Source of the DNA: Azolla caroliniana
Taxonomy: Eukaryota > Plantae > Polypodiophyta
DNA: 64,000 nt
Reading direction: 5' to 3'
Assembly (NCBI GenBank): GCA_043228905.1
Contig: JBHGNT010000016.1
Location: forward strand, 1,302,001 to 1,366,000
Part shown: piece after piece, positions 25,250 to 39,200 of the stretch
How positions within the stretch are numbered: position 1 is the first letter of the stretch
Layout of the letters: each line of letters opens with the position of its first letter
Made by a program: the position numbers and the translations under genes
The notes under the pieces: model-generated
Databases searched by the model: none
The model's input: only the letters and a program-made list of their open reading frames with translations
Told to the model about the DNA's origin: nothing

Positions 25250-26400
25250 ATCCTGAAGGATTGACAGATTTTAACTCAGTTTAATGCAGCTTCCTTTCAT
25301 GGTTTTAAATCCTTTACGACTTTCATGATTTGGCCGAGAAGCATTTATCAAGCTCTTCTCCTTTTGATGGTCCATCTTGAGAAATGGAAGGAGGAAGAGA
25401 AAAGGAGTATCCCTATTCTGTCAATGATATTTATCAAGCTCTTCGCCTTTTAAAGAGTTCATCTTGGAGTAACTATAAAAAATTCGAATTCTGTCAAATG
25501 ACAATGAAACGAAGTGAGTAACTATAAAAAATTCGAAATGGAAGTGAAGGCACAATACAAAGTTTATGTATCGGGAAAGGTTATGCATAACTCTGCTGAA
25601 CAAAGGTTATGCAAAGGCTATGAATATTGAAGGTTGATGATGATCCAAATCCTCTCAAGACTCTTCTGATTAAAGGATATAAGATTGACGGTGATCGAAC
25701 TCCTTTTATGAAAATTCCAGACAAAGTTTAAGAATCCCAAGATAGAAGATCTGGACAAAGGTCATGAATCGTTTACTATGATGCATAACGACCTGAATCT
25801 TCTGGACTTTACATGATTAGCTTTCAAGCTTTTCACCTTCATGCATCATTCTGGGGTTGTGAAAGCATGATATTCTTTTCTCTCCCAGAGAAAAGAACGA
25901 TAAACTCAGGAGAGATGAAAACATAAAATCAACAGTTATGTATATACATCACGAAGATGAAGATCTAATTCTATAATAATTTAACTCATCTGGCTGAGAG
26001 AACCTTTTCAAGTCCTCCATACCCATACCCCACCTTCTTATATTGCTGAAAGTCTGCTTACCTTTTCACATACATTCTACTGCTTTATGGGAGATGAAGT
26101 ATTCTCTTTTTGTCAAATGACAACGAGGATCGTCGTCTTTTTGAACAGAAAATCTCGAAGAAGAAGGAGAAGAAGAAGATAAAGGAGAAGGAAGTCATGA
26201 AAACAGACAAACAAAGATTATCATGAAACTGGTCTAATTGCTCCTTTAATAACTCTTCTTCAATATTCCATGATTTTAACAGATATAAAGCTTTCCAAGT
26301 TCTTCATCTTCATGTTCCATGATTCTAAATTTGCGCATGATTTTTGTTTGCTGTCAACGACAACGAGATGTGCTATGCTCATCTTTGAAACAAAGAGACA
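25250..26400 (-). repeat. Array of five diverged duplicates of the Pumilio start-exon module
   Basis: A recurrent TTGTCATT(T)GACAG...ATG...GA(A/G)CTTGA(A/T)AA..TTCTC..CCAAATCATG motif, with ATGs near 25375, 25462, 25849, 26020-26026 and 26320. Confidence 0.7.
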
Positions 26401-26980
26401 AGGCTCTCTCAGAAGAAAGAACGAAATTTTGTGGCAAGATGATGACTAAGAAGAAGATTATGATGGTGATGGTGACGGTGACGGTGACGGTGATGATGAT
26501 TATAAGAAAATTTTGTGGCACAGGAAATAGAACATAAGTTTAAAGAACTCGGTCTGAATAGTAAGAAAGGTCGATCACTGAGAAAACGAAGAGAGGATGG
26601 GTACACATCACATCATGAAGACGATATACATAATATTATGCAACTATAACATGGCCATATCGCAATCGATCAACAAACACCCATGAAATTAGCTTGAGGA
26701 AATCTGTTTTGCGTAAAATACTTTACAAGGGGACAAAACACATTTCCAGACATAGTCTTCATGATCATCTCATGAAAAATGAGTATTTTACCTTCTGTTT
26801 TTTCCTTCTAATGTATTTTAGTCAAAACTGATTTCCTTAAAGAGGTATAGATATAGAAATTGATCGGATTAATGAGGAAGTTTAAAGAATGCCCATTATT
26901 GATACTTCATATACGTATGCAGAGGCATTACCGGCATATTTGGAAACCCATCAGGTTAAATACGAAGCTTAAAGAATACA

Positions 26981-26998
26981 GGTTTAGGGTTTAGGGTT
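26981..26998 (+). repeat. Short telomere-like (TTTAGGG) tract
   Basis: GGTTTAGGGTTTAGGGTT. Confidence 0.6.
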
Positions 26999-27620
26999 CA
27001 ATCTACTTAACATGAAGAAATGTCATCTAACATTGGGATGTGTAATGTTAGAAGGATTATCTCAAAGAATGTAATTACAGAAGCTGATTTGAGTATATAT
27101 TTACTTCCATAGAGGATCAAATTAGTAGCTGTGGACACTAGATCGCCTCTTAATCAGATTATTTATCATGGTAAATGTATGATGAGAAGAAGGAGAAAAC
27201 GAATTAACAAACAATTGTTAATCCATGGATATCTCCCCATTAATCCTCTCTGATCTTAGCTTGCTGATAACAGTTAAGAAGAATATGACCAGAAATGTAG
27301 CTGATGATCCTTCTTTCTTCTCCTTCAAAATCGTAGCCTGAATTACAAACCATAATCATGTTAGCGTTAGTTACTAACCAATAATCCCCACGGATCGTTA
27401 AACCTTGGAGTGACATTGGAGTGACAGAATGCGTATATCCATCCGGATGGCAAACAATCTAGTGTGCAGAGAAAGGAAGATCCCAGGAAATTCACTGCAG
27501 AGGCAGAATATATCCAAAGGAAGAAGGAGAAGAAAGAAAGAAAGAAAGAAAGGACAGATTTAGCTCCATAGTGTAGACATGAGGAGTATTAAGATTGTGA
27601 CTCGTGATTCATAATTATCC

Positions 27621-27746
27621 GCAACGGTTCGGTTCGGTTCGGTTTCCGTTTGATAGTATCAAACTCGAACCGTTTTAAAAAATTGAAACTTAAACCGAAC
27701 CGAACCATAAAACCATTTAAACCAAAACCGTTTAAACCAAACCGTG
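27621..27746. mobile_element. Truncated copy of the AACCG hAT-type MITE family
   Basis: GCAACGGTTCGGTTCGGTT...AAACCGAACCGAACC matches the left arm of 3399-3830. No right TIR or TSD. Confidence 0.65.
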
Positions 27747-28946
27747 CTAATTGTGAATACTTTTAGAGTCACATGGGAAGAGAACACACACACAAACACC
27801 ATTCCATTGTAGCCATAGCTTTTCTCCATTGGCCGTGCTTGCCAAGCACAAAAAATATAACTGAATTGAAGATCCCTACGCAACACATTTTCTGCGCATT
27901 TGGTTGTGGGTGCATGCATATCTATAAGGCCCATTGTGAGCATGTTGGCCGCCTGTTAGCCCCAGTGATGTTGCCCAATTCCAATATGTCTCCTATTCTC
28001 TCCTATTGAGACTTTTGCTTGTTACATTGTTTGAAACCTTGGCTCATGCAATCACTCTTTAGATCATTGAGCAAATCCTAATAACATTTCTTTTTACTGT
28101 TCCATACCATTGAGCAAAGATCAAGCCTATCCTAATAACTTGACAGTTAGAACGTTCATTCTTGCATATGGGTTTGATCCAATTTTCCTACCATTCTTTT
28201 CAAGAAGCCTTCCCCAATGGTTCAATTAAGTTAGATGCATTTGCAATCTCAAAGTGAATGTTGTGGTCCATTTGACGAGTTCTGCTTTGAATATATGAGG
28301 TACCACCGATTTCTCATTTGCTAGAGAGTGCACATTTTTCCTTCACTTCTTCAAAGGTTATGGAGTCGGTTAGGCATGGGGGCTACATGCATTTGATCCA
28401 CATTTAAGTGGGTGTATGGTCATTGAACTTCTCCCATAATCTCCATTGATCTCATCCTTTTCACAACTTAAATTGACTCCACACATCCTTTGGGGTTCTC
28501 GTATGAGCGAAATATATTTAGGGAGAAAATGAAGCATGCAATGTATGTTGTTTATATGTTTTCATATCACAGGAGTGGTAACACATCGATGTCAGCTTGA
28601 AAACCACCTTCTTTAGTATTAGATTCTTCTCTTGAGTTTCCCTTTACTATTCTTTTCTTTCTTGTTTGCCTTAAGGGAATGCATAGTGATTGGTCCTAGT
28701 TTTCCAATGTGAGAATCGGGGGATTCTTTCTATTGTTTTGGTCATTATTTTTCCTCACATTTATTTCACCGTTATAATTATCTCGGGATTGAGTCTTTTC
28801 TTATCTCCTTTTCTTCCTTCACACATCACCATATTGATTATTTTCCCTAAACAATGTCCTTGAACTCACAATTGGTTTCTTCTAACTCCTAAAATTGATG
28901 GACATATTTGGATGTAGTATGACACATATGTTCATAGCATACATAC

Positions 28947-28948
<2 letters not shown>

Positions 28949-28996
<48 letters not shown>
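28949..28996. repeat. (AG)n microsatellite
   Basis: Direct read. Confidence 0.95.
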
Positions 28997-28997
<1 letters not shown>

Positions 28998-30392
28998 CAA
29001 CCAATTGTAGTCTCTAGCTCCTAAAATTGTGACCTTCATAGCAGAAAACATGGGTAGTATTTGAGGCTTTTGTGAAGAAAACCTCGGAAAATTGGTGTAA
29101 TTTTGGATGAAACATGATTGTCCGAAAACAAACACTAGAATTTTCTTAAAACTTGAAGTGAGATATGAACTCATCCCCAATCGATAAAATGGTAAAATGT
29201 TTCAATGTATTCACATAAATTGTCACTTGCAAAAGCTATACTCTTTTCTCATTAAACATAGAAAGGTATCATATTGTGAATTATGGCTTGCTCTAGGTTA
29301 AGAAAGTAGTATTGGTAGCTACTTAATGTAACAGTTGAGACTTTTGAAGGTAAAATGCTAGCCAGTAAAAGTGCCCACTCATGGAAAAATAGGATGTATG
29401 AAGCTTTTGGGGGGGTTGGGGTGCTTCAAATGTGAAACTAGACAACTTGGTATTACTCACATGGTTTGAGTCATTGCCATGTTTTCACACCAAAGGTTAT
29501 TGAGGGTTGTCATTTACAGTGTCTCATATAGTGCCCCGCCATAACACATTGTTATGTATAATCATGTCGAAGCCTGGTCATATGCCTATGTAAAGCAAGT
29601 TACAAGTTGCCTAAAATGGTTCAACATAATCGTCTTATAAAGTTATAAGAAACAAAATTAGCCATTTATGAGTAAGTTGAAATAATGAGATACATAAAAG
29701 AGGCAACTCCCTGGGTTCTTTTCGCAAGGACCACAACTTATGAATTAGAAGCTCAACAATTGTGAATTGGACATTGCGATAGTCATTGAATCTTTGAAAA
29801 ACAAGCTATGATAACACAACACTAATCATGACTATTGTTACAATCATTGATCCAATAGCTACCCAATCTTGAGTATTCAACTCAAGATACCAAGTGGCTC
29901 TTCCTATGCTTTATGAAGATGTAGACGTCAATCATAATGTTTAGGAAAAGATAAGTAACATTGTTTCTTATAAATTTTTGAGTTTACATTGTGGAATGCT
30001 TTACAGAGGGTACCACCTTTTCCACTGAAAATCCTACATAAAACTCATGTAGTTTATCAAATGTCTTGGTGTTTTTTGAATGTTTGTTAGCATGTCAATG
30101 ATCTCCTACATCTACGACTTATCCTAAGCCTTTGAAACACTTTGTTAATAATCCTATTCTACACATGATGAGTGGAATATGTCATGAACAAGTCACATTA
30201 CTTCTTTATTTGTACATAATTCACATATATACAATTGTGTCATTGTCATTGATGTCAAGAAATGTTACATTCCATGCAATCCAATGTGATGTTTCATCTC
30301 TAGTATTTGGATTTTAATATAACTTTTAAAAACCATGACAACATCACAATGTGAAGAAGAAGAAGAAGAAGAAGAGAGAGAGAGAGAGAGAG

Positions 30393-30797
30393 TATATTTT
30401 TAGCGTCCATAGAGAGGCCAATATTGACCCATAGGACGGAAGTACAAAAGTTATCTTAATGTGTGTCTCCTTCCTAAGAAAAGATATTCATTCTTTGCAG
30501 CACCAAGTCTTGGTGTGCGAATAAGGCATAAACATACAAGCCCAACCTTCTAGGTGTTCTCTTTAGTATGACACTCAAGTCATCGCCCCCTCTTAATATA
30601 TCATCATAGCTTTCACGAATTGCACTATATGCGGAGCATGTAAAAAGCAAGTGATATTCATCCTCTACTAGCCCTTCCTTGCATACCTTACATGTCTTTA
30701 TATTTGGTTGATTTTGATTCCATAATGCAACTTCAATACCTAGGTTGTGTGATCGAGTGCGAAGGAGTGTTAGGGCTCTACGAGAGTTAATACTCAT

Positions 30798-30798
<1 letters not shown>
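30393..30798 (-). mobile_element. 5'-truncated non-L1 LINE 3' fragment (C-terminal zinc finger) flanked by (AG)n tracts
   Basis: LRTRSHNLGIE...CKVCKEGLVEDEYHLLFTCSAYSAIRE; (AG)n at about 30373-30392 and 30800-30849. Confidence 0.8.
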
Positions 30799-30852
<54 letters not shown>

Positions 30853-30959
30853 TTAATGTCTTCTAAGGCCAAATTTGGCCCATGAGACAAATGGTTTACA
30901 ACAAAAAATGGGATATTTACCCATTCATCGAAAGTAAACAATAAAAATAAAAATAAAAA

Positions 30960-32575
30960 TAGAGTTTTAAGCTAAATAGTTCTAATAAAATAACAAACAT
31001 GTTCTACAATGAAAATGATGTTATACTAGGCCTAATTTCATTTCCATCCAAGTCTCTCGAAGAGAAGCGGGAGGTCAAAGGGTTTCGATGTGGATGTGGC
31101 CCGTGGCCCCAATGTAAAAGGTACCCCAACCATAGCTTCTAGTCGACGTAGCTCACGTTCCCTTATCTTCTTAATCCTTTCTATTCCATGTCGACTTGTT
31201 TTGAAGCCCAACATCCGAGAGCGTTTGGTTGTTCTTTGCATTTTGGCTTCCTCAAGAGAGAGGCCGAGCAGCGTAAGTGTATCCACATTCATCGTCTCCC
31301 CTTGTTCCTGAAAAATTACACTAGTTACAAGTTGGTGAATAGTGAAAAGGTTATGGTTAACACTTTGTAATTTATTCTCTCTATGTTGTTTTAGCTCTAA
31401 GATATACCTACCTAGTCTCTTTACATCCAAGGTATCTAATAGTTTGGAGAGGGTGGGAGAGGGTCCTAATATGTCTTGGTATTACACTCGTATCTCGGCA
31501 TAAGTTTGGCACTTGCATGTAAAGTGATACTCATCCTCTATCTTTGTGGCACAACCTACATAGCCTTTCCTCTCTAGGGACTCTATTAGCCCGACCATTC
31601 TCAATCTCAAGTTGGTGAGATGATATCCTAAGTTGTCCAATGGCCACCCTTAGTGCATTTGATAAGAATGTATCTAGATATCTTGGTCGTGTAATAAAAC
31701 CTAACTGAGAGAAGTGCAAGAAGTGTTCCTTATAATACAACATTTTAGATGGGAGTGGCTCTCGTGGGGTGATCCATTTATATTGAGTGTAAATTTGCCA
31801 TATTTCTTGGCGTATCACTTTATTACGGTCTTCATGAGATATTAGAGTTTGATCTGTCCCATGATTGTACTTAAGGGGGGGTAGGCTATTAATGTCTATG
31901 CCGTTTGCAAGTAACCAACTCACCACAGTCCTATACCAAGAGCTAGTGTCTCTAACCGCATGTAGGGATCGGGATGCCTCAAAGGATTGATGGGATATCC
32001 TATCTTGTGGTTGGCTATGTATCCGATGAATAAAAACTACCACTTGAAACAGTGCTTCTACTAACATCGGGGGCAGACTGAACTCTGCTCTAATAATGTC
32101 ATGTGGTATTGTCTATTTGCTTCGGAGTTGACGTGATAACATCATCACCAAAGGTCTCTCTAATTGCGTCCACATGAAAGATGATAGACCTGGAGCCCAT
32201 ACTACTAATGCATACATGAGGGAAGGGGTCACTAATGAGTCGAAGAGCCATCTCTTAGTCCATGGCTCTTGAAAGTATGTCTGGTGGCATCGTCTCTCTA
32301 AGAGTGAGAGGGATACATACCCTCTCGTTAGCCTATCTTTGGATGCCTGGGTCATCGAGAATTTACCTGAGCGAGCACTAAAAGTGACTCCCAAGTATAC
32401 ATATGATCCAACTACCTCAACTAGTTTATGAGAGAGGATTAGGTGACATTTACTCCTAACTCGGGATGATGTATGAAAGATAAGGATTTTAGTTTTCGTT
32501 AGATTCACTACCAATCCTCGTTGTGTACAAAAGTCATCTAGAGCATTAAGATGCTTTTGTAGGTCGTGTTCCGAT
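30960..32575 (-). mobile_element. 5'-truncated non-L1 LINE (RTEX/L2-like), RT C-terminus to zinc finger, disabled
   Basis: DLQKHLNALDDFC...VVNLTKTKILIF...YVYLGVTF, in-frame TAG at 32113, QLRISSHQLEIENGR...ERLCRLC, then a frameshift into EDEYHFTCKCQTYAEIR. The 5' junction abuts (TA)n at about 32578-32602. Confidence 0.88.
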
Positions 32576-35500
32576 TGATATATATATATATATATATATA
32601 TATTACAATCTCGTTTCTTCCACCAACCTCATGAAACTCTAGGTGCATGGTCTACTTTCTCGGCCCTCCATCAACATTTTTGAACTTTGAAACCAATATT
32701 TTCTTCCCACTTAAATTTTGGATAGTTTGACTACCTCCCCAAAATTCCTCGTACATTATAAATTTTGTTTTACATTCAATGGATGGATGGATGGTTGTAA
32801 AATGGTTGATACCATAATAGATCTCCATGCATAATGATTCAAACTTTAAGGTGCTCATTGTATAAATATGATGAAGGGTTTTGAATTATTGAACACACAT
32901 TGTCACATCTTAGTTTTAATGTACTTTGGAATAGTCTTGCAAATAAATATAATTATATATGTATCGAAGGTTAATACTTTTTTAATCCTTCTCTTTGAAA
33001 TGCATGACTATGTCTTACTGAGGAGGATAACCAACACCTTTGAATGAATTAATGATTCCCTTATAAATTTGGGTGGCATGTATGTTGTGTGGTTGCCATG
33101 TAATGTGACTCCAAGCAACACATGAATTGGAAGCATTTGATGAGAAATGTTTGCATACTCATGACCTAAAACAAAGATTTTCATGATACATTTGTTTTCA
33201 TATGCACTATCAAAATAAGGAACAATTGCTTATACATGCATTTTATACATGAACACACTTGTCACCTGCCACACAAAGCCCAAAAACATTTTTTATGACA
33301 AATAAGATAAAATGTGTAACAAATAAAATGTCTAATTAGTTTATCATACAAGAGGATGACATTTGTATCAATGGGGTCCACCTAATAATTTCATTGACAT
33401 TATTTAGAGCATGTCTAAAGTCACATTTTATGCCATCCCCAAAGAGAATAAAAATCAATCAACTTATTATTACAAATGGCAAAGATAAGAATGACCTAGA
33501 TGATCTATAAAATTTGGCAAGAAGATTAGAACCACTTCAATAAGTGAAGTTACCCATTTATTGCTAGCATATTTTATGACACTCCATTGTTTCCTAAGTG
33601 TAATATGTACATTTGGATTTGCAAAGGACAGCTTTTATGAACATGTTTTGATTTCCAACTGAGCTTATGCTTTGGGACCAACTACTTGACCTAACACAAA
33701 ACAATGCTTTACTCTTAAATTCCTACAACATCTCCTATTTGTCACAAATAGTTAGCATCATCATTAATCACCTTTGCCCGTCAAGGCATCCTTGAGCAAT
33801 TGTGTGTACATACATGGTCATTAATTACCTATAAAATATGCACAATGCTTGTTTTTTTATAGCTCTTATCTCCTGAGTCTTGGCATAGTTGGCACTTGAC
33901 ATACATTTTTCTGAAAAACTTGTTTTTTCCTCTAATAGCCCAAATGCCCTTAATCAACCCCCGAAAGAGAGTCAAAGAATATTAATTGATCATACAATTG
34001 CTCAAGTAACACATAAAATTGAGTAGAAGGGGATAGATTAACCATGATTACCCCAATTGCATAGTCAATTGTTCACTTTGGGGGCATTTATAGAAATAAA
34101 GAAAAACTTCACATTCCATATCATTAGTGGTTGTGTAAAGTTTTTAAGAGGTTAAGAATGATGTTATCCCATTTATTTCCATGCATGGCTACTTTCCCTA
34201 GGGGATTGTTTGTGATGTCCTACAACTCTACACATTTTCAATTTATCAACATTATGGAGGTTATGCAAAAGGAAAGATTCAAGATTTGTGAGCTATGTTA
34301 GCATGGATTTGCCTTGATGTCTTATTATCTATCTCTTGAATACTTGTTCATGTAAAAAGGGTAATGTTAAATGTTAACAAACATTTGATGGTGGTTGTTG
34401 TCTAAAGGAAATCAAGGGTTATGGAAGCTAGCTCATATTAAACCATTTCCAAGTTATACATTTTCTGTGTAGAAAGACACATTTTTCATATCTTTAACTT
34501 GAGGGTAGATAAAGACAGGATTATCTTCGTTTAATTAAATAGACAACACACCATTTGAGCTAAACAAGTCAAGACGAAAATATGCAAAACAAGTTATCTA
34601 TTGAAAAGATTTGCAAAACATTAAACACCACAATGTTTTCATGACAAACATTGAATTTTAAAGATTTGATTCTATTAGGCAACCAAACATACTGCTTCAA
34701 GAAGAGTTTACACAATATATATCATACAATAAGTTGGGTGTACATAGATCTTGGAAACAAATTATATCTTGATTGTTGTATATGAGTCATAAATCTTTTA
34801 CTTTATGCTTCCATGCATCAACAAAAAGATATTAATATTTCTTGGCTATTTCAAAGTGAAATCTACCACACGAAAGAAACTTCTACCTAAGGAGCAAAGC
34901 ATTCACAAACAATACCAAGTGTCCAAAAAGAGTATTCAAATGTCAAGTTTTGGAATGTAGGAGGGGATTGGGTGGACAAGTAGACATTGTCTTGTACATG
35001 ATTCCTCCTTAGTTGCAAGTTATGATAAACCTCCCAATGGTGTCATTGGTACTGGGTTCCATTGTTTACCTAAATTGAAGCATAAATATCATGAATCGCG
35101 ATAAGTTTTCTCAATGGATGTTTGCAAAATATTAGAATGTCCAAAAATCAACTCATAAATATGAATCCATATCATAACTGTAAACTATAAGGAAATGTAA
35201 ACATTGATTCAAACCACTAGAGTACAATGTTACAGTGGTCATTGTATTCCTTTCCCTAACCATGTTCTTTGGTGCACTGAATCCAAGTCATATTTGCTTA
35301 TCGACTTTTCAAAATCACTATCCAGCATTCACTTGTACTATCTTCAGTAGTATGTTAAGTTGACATTGCTTCAATGGGGATATTCTTTTGGCCATTCTTA
35401 AATTACATGGACGTCCATGTCCCATCAATTGGATTGAAGATTACAAAGGAAGCCAACAAATGTATGTATGCACATGGAGGCTCTTTATACTTGAATATAT

Positions 35501-36242
35501 GTGGAGGTTCATATTATTTGCATGTGGAGGGAGGATTATTCTAATTCGAAGTGGATGGGAGCTCTCAAGTGTTAAGGACATTGCTATGAGCTTATGAACC
35601 AAATGAAGGTTAAATACATTCTTAGGTGCTGGCAAATGCTTTAAATAACAGTACATCAACAGTAGCACTTTGCATAACACAGCAATCCTTCTATTTATCA
35701 AGTACATAATCACTATCTCAATCGTTGACAGTTGCTCTCTACACTGTCTTCAATTGAATTTAGAAACCTATCTTCAGTTCAATATCTACTCAGATACAAT
35801 AGAATTGAGTCATATGTTACACATACACCGGTGAGTTTTGTGATTGTCAAATACATCAGTTACACCAGTAAAATCTCACAATCGTTCACCTTCAAAGAAA
35901 ATTGTGATGTGAACCTCAAGGCTTTCAGCAATGTGAAAAGATTATTTGAATACTGTCAAACAAATTTCTCCTATTATCAAATGTTTGCTTAAAATAAATC
36001 CTTCCATATCTTTCACTCCATTCTAATGAATGCTCGTAGACCACTCTCCACCTCTATCTTCTCACGGAAACACAAGCAAACCCTTTAATTTAGTCAAAAA
36101 TGAACATTGCTGAATTTTTTAGGACAGCCAAAAATAGATATCTTCCTCACCCACAAGGGGCAGTTTTTCTCTAGCACTCAGCAAAAATGTGAGATCACAC
36201 AGCTTAATTCCAAAAAAATCATCAACCTGAAAATTTCTGCTT

Positions 36243-39200
36243 TTAAGATGCTGCTTTTCTCTTCCTATCCTTGAGCAGCTCAACTTCAGCTCTCTTCTTT
36301 GCTTTTCCAATCTGTTTTACATAAAAACATCAAATAGATTGATGAGTTGCAATCAAAACTGAGATGAGAAGCCAAGACTAGAGATAGATAGATCTATCCA
36401 AAAAATATACAGAATCAAGACTCTGGCTATATTATAAAAGGAAAGAGACTTGAGCCAGAGAGTACAGATGTAGTTATCTCACAAAAGAGACTTCAATTGA
36501 AACTAGAGCTACAAGACAAAAACGAGCCAAACAAACCTGCATGGCCTCATAAAGTTTTCTTGCTTTCCGAGGCATCATAACCTCAGCAGGTATTTCATCA
36601 ACCTGTAAAGCATCAGTACTTTCCAGCTCCTGACCAGGTTCACTGTCTTTAGACTGTAGAGATACAGAATAGGGTATCCCAGCCACCTCCTTTTTAAGCT
36701 CCTCCTCGTACACTTTCTCTACTGTAGTCTCCTGAATTCACAAGAATAGAGACTGTTTATGACAACACATAACATGACCCATTCATAGTGGCCATCAATA
36801 AACCATTAGTATTATTTATCCATGACCCACCCCGGACATACCCATCACATACATGACTCATACGTGTTTTCCATGAGGAAAGTTTATAAACAGCACAAAC
36901 ATAAATGGCAATTGACCAGACATGAGGAATGGTAATCAGAACATAAACATGACTCGTCCCTGGCATGTGCATGACCTATGCATTTCCTCCCTGATCGGCA
37001 TGGCCTGTGCAGCCATTTATGACCCTTTAATGAGCCATGCATGGTGCTCCACTTTCAACGAACTATTAATGATTAGTATTCAACCAAAACCAACATACCA
37101 ATCATGGCCTCTTACTTTAAGAATGCATGTTTCATGTACAAACCATAAATAAAGAACACCATTAATGATTAGGATTCAACCAAACCAAAATATACCAATC
37201 ATGGCCTCTTACTTTGATAAGAATCTTATCATTATTAGGGAGGTAAATTGAAATGGAAAAATATGAAGCCAAACCTTTCTCTCTTTGATCACTTCTTCAT
37301 TTGCCTCAGTTCGATGTGCCATAACACTTGCAATGAAGCCATTGGAACCTTCCAGGCCTTCTTGACCTGGAAGAGGTAGCACTTCTGGGTTTGAGGCGGC
37401 TTGGAGACGCCTTATAGTTTCTCCATATTCTGGTAAATAGCCCTCTTTCTCATTGTCAACAAATGGCGATAAATGAGGAGGTGGCACTCTATAAAAGACA
37501 ATGTAGAGTGTGAATCAAAACATTCTGTGACAAACTGAATAGGAGAATTCGGGAATTGAGAGCAGAAGCAAAACTTGAGCTACTTGTAACAGTCGGCAAC
37601 AGTTTGGTTCAACCACCAAACCACGAAACCACAGCTTAACAGTTCAAATGGTTCGGTTCGGTTAAAAGTTAGAAACCACAGTTTAAACGGTTTCGCGGTT
37701 TTTTATTATTTTTATTTTTAATCTTTTTAATAATTAAAAAAAATGTTTTTAAACAGTTTTTTCATTTTTAGGCCTTATTCTCACATTTTAGGAAAATCTT
37801 CATATTTTGAAAATATAAAATTTGAATTTTGACCTAAGTTGAAAACCAAAACCGAACCACAAAACCACAGTTTGAACGGTTAAAATATTTTTTAACGATT
37901 CGGTTTAACAGCTTTGTGGTTCAGTTCGGTTCAAGTTTCAACATTTTTAAACAGTTCAGTTTTGACACTTCTCAAACCGAACCGTTGCCAATTGTTAGCC
38001 ACTTGCTAAAATTCGAAGTTTTTATCTTCTGGTTATCTATAGGTTCAGGTACCCAGTGAGGCTTCGAATAGAAAGAGAAAGAGAATGTAATATTTGGTTC
38101 ACCATGTTTGAAACACAGCATTTGTCAACTAAGTTTGTTAACATAAGAAAAAATAGAAATCTAATCAACTTTAATATGTGTATCAAGGATTCATATTGTC
38201 TAAAGCATCTTTATGGAACAACAGCATATTCTCCATCTTGTAAGCATCCTTAGGAAATGACAGTTTTCAACTCCTCTGTAATTTAAAATTTCTCTGGGGC
38301 AGGATAAGATACACACTCTCCCTCAATGTACAAAATCAGCAACATTCACATAGAATCTGCTTAGATAAATAAAGACTCAATCTATCTCAGTAAATGGTAA
38401 ATTTACGCAGATAGAACAGAGAATCATGACAGCAGTGGATAGCCATATCAGGAAATAGATATTGAGATGAACTCGGCAAAGGAGACACACATGCAATCAT
38501 TTGAAATACTGAACAAATATGCTTACCTGCCAAGAGTATAATCATGGGTGGGCAAGAGAATCCGGCTATTTATACAGTCATATACCCATTGTGGCTGGAT
38601 ATACTCCCTTGATAGAAACATGTGACCCTGAGTAGGTCTGTCAACAATCTGGACACAAAAATGAATAAGATTTTCTTTTTATAATCAAAGACGGTGCAGA
38701 AATCAAATAACAAAAGCAAGATTTCAAAGTTCTTCATTACTTGGTGCGTGATGTCTTCATCGCTTTCTTTAAAGGGGGCTCCATTCCCGTCCCATGATGC
38801 ATGACCCCCAAATGAACTGATGAGAAAAAGTAGAGACTCCCTCGGCACCTGTAGAGCATGAATTATGCAATTCAATCCATGTAATCTTTTAAATAGTTTT
38901 AGACGGTAGTAATTTGATGTATGCAATAAATGTGATCATGTTCACAAACATTATATCTCAAGACATTTTTCAAGGTTACTCGAGGAGTCGGATAATTTGA
39001 TGGATGAGGAAAATACCTCTCTACCAAGGAAAAATTTCAGCTCCTTAAATAGACCTTTGCATTGCTTTGTGTCATCATCCTCCTCTTCCTCATTATTTTC
39101 TTCTTCATTGGATGGCGGTATCTCCATTTGATCTCTCATTTCATTGCTGCTATCTCTCATAATTACTGACAATCTCTCCTGTAGTGATGCTAGTCTCGCT

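Noticed and set aside
27990-29900. Possible decayed retroelement or transposase coding sequence
   Set aside because: No motif could be read with confidence.
33791-34006. Inverted repeat CTTGAGCAATTGT...ACAATTGCTCAAG as a MITE
   Set aside because: Only about 13 bp of perfect match and no TSD; insufficient support.
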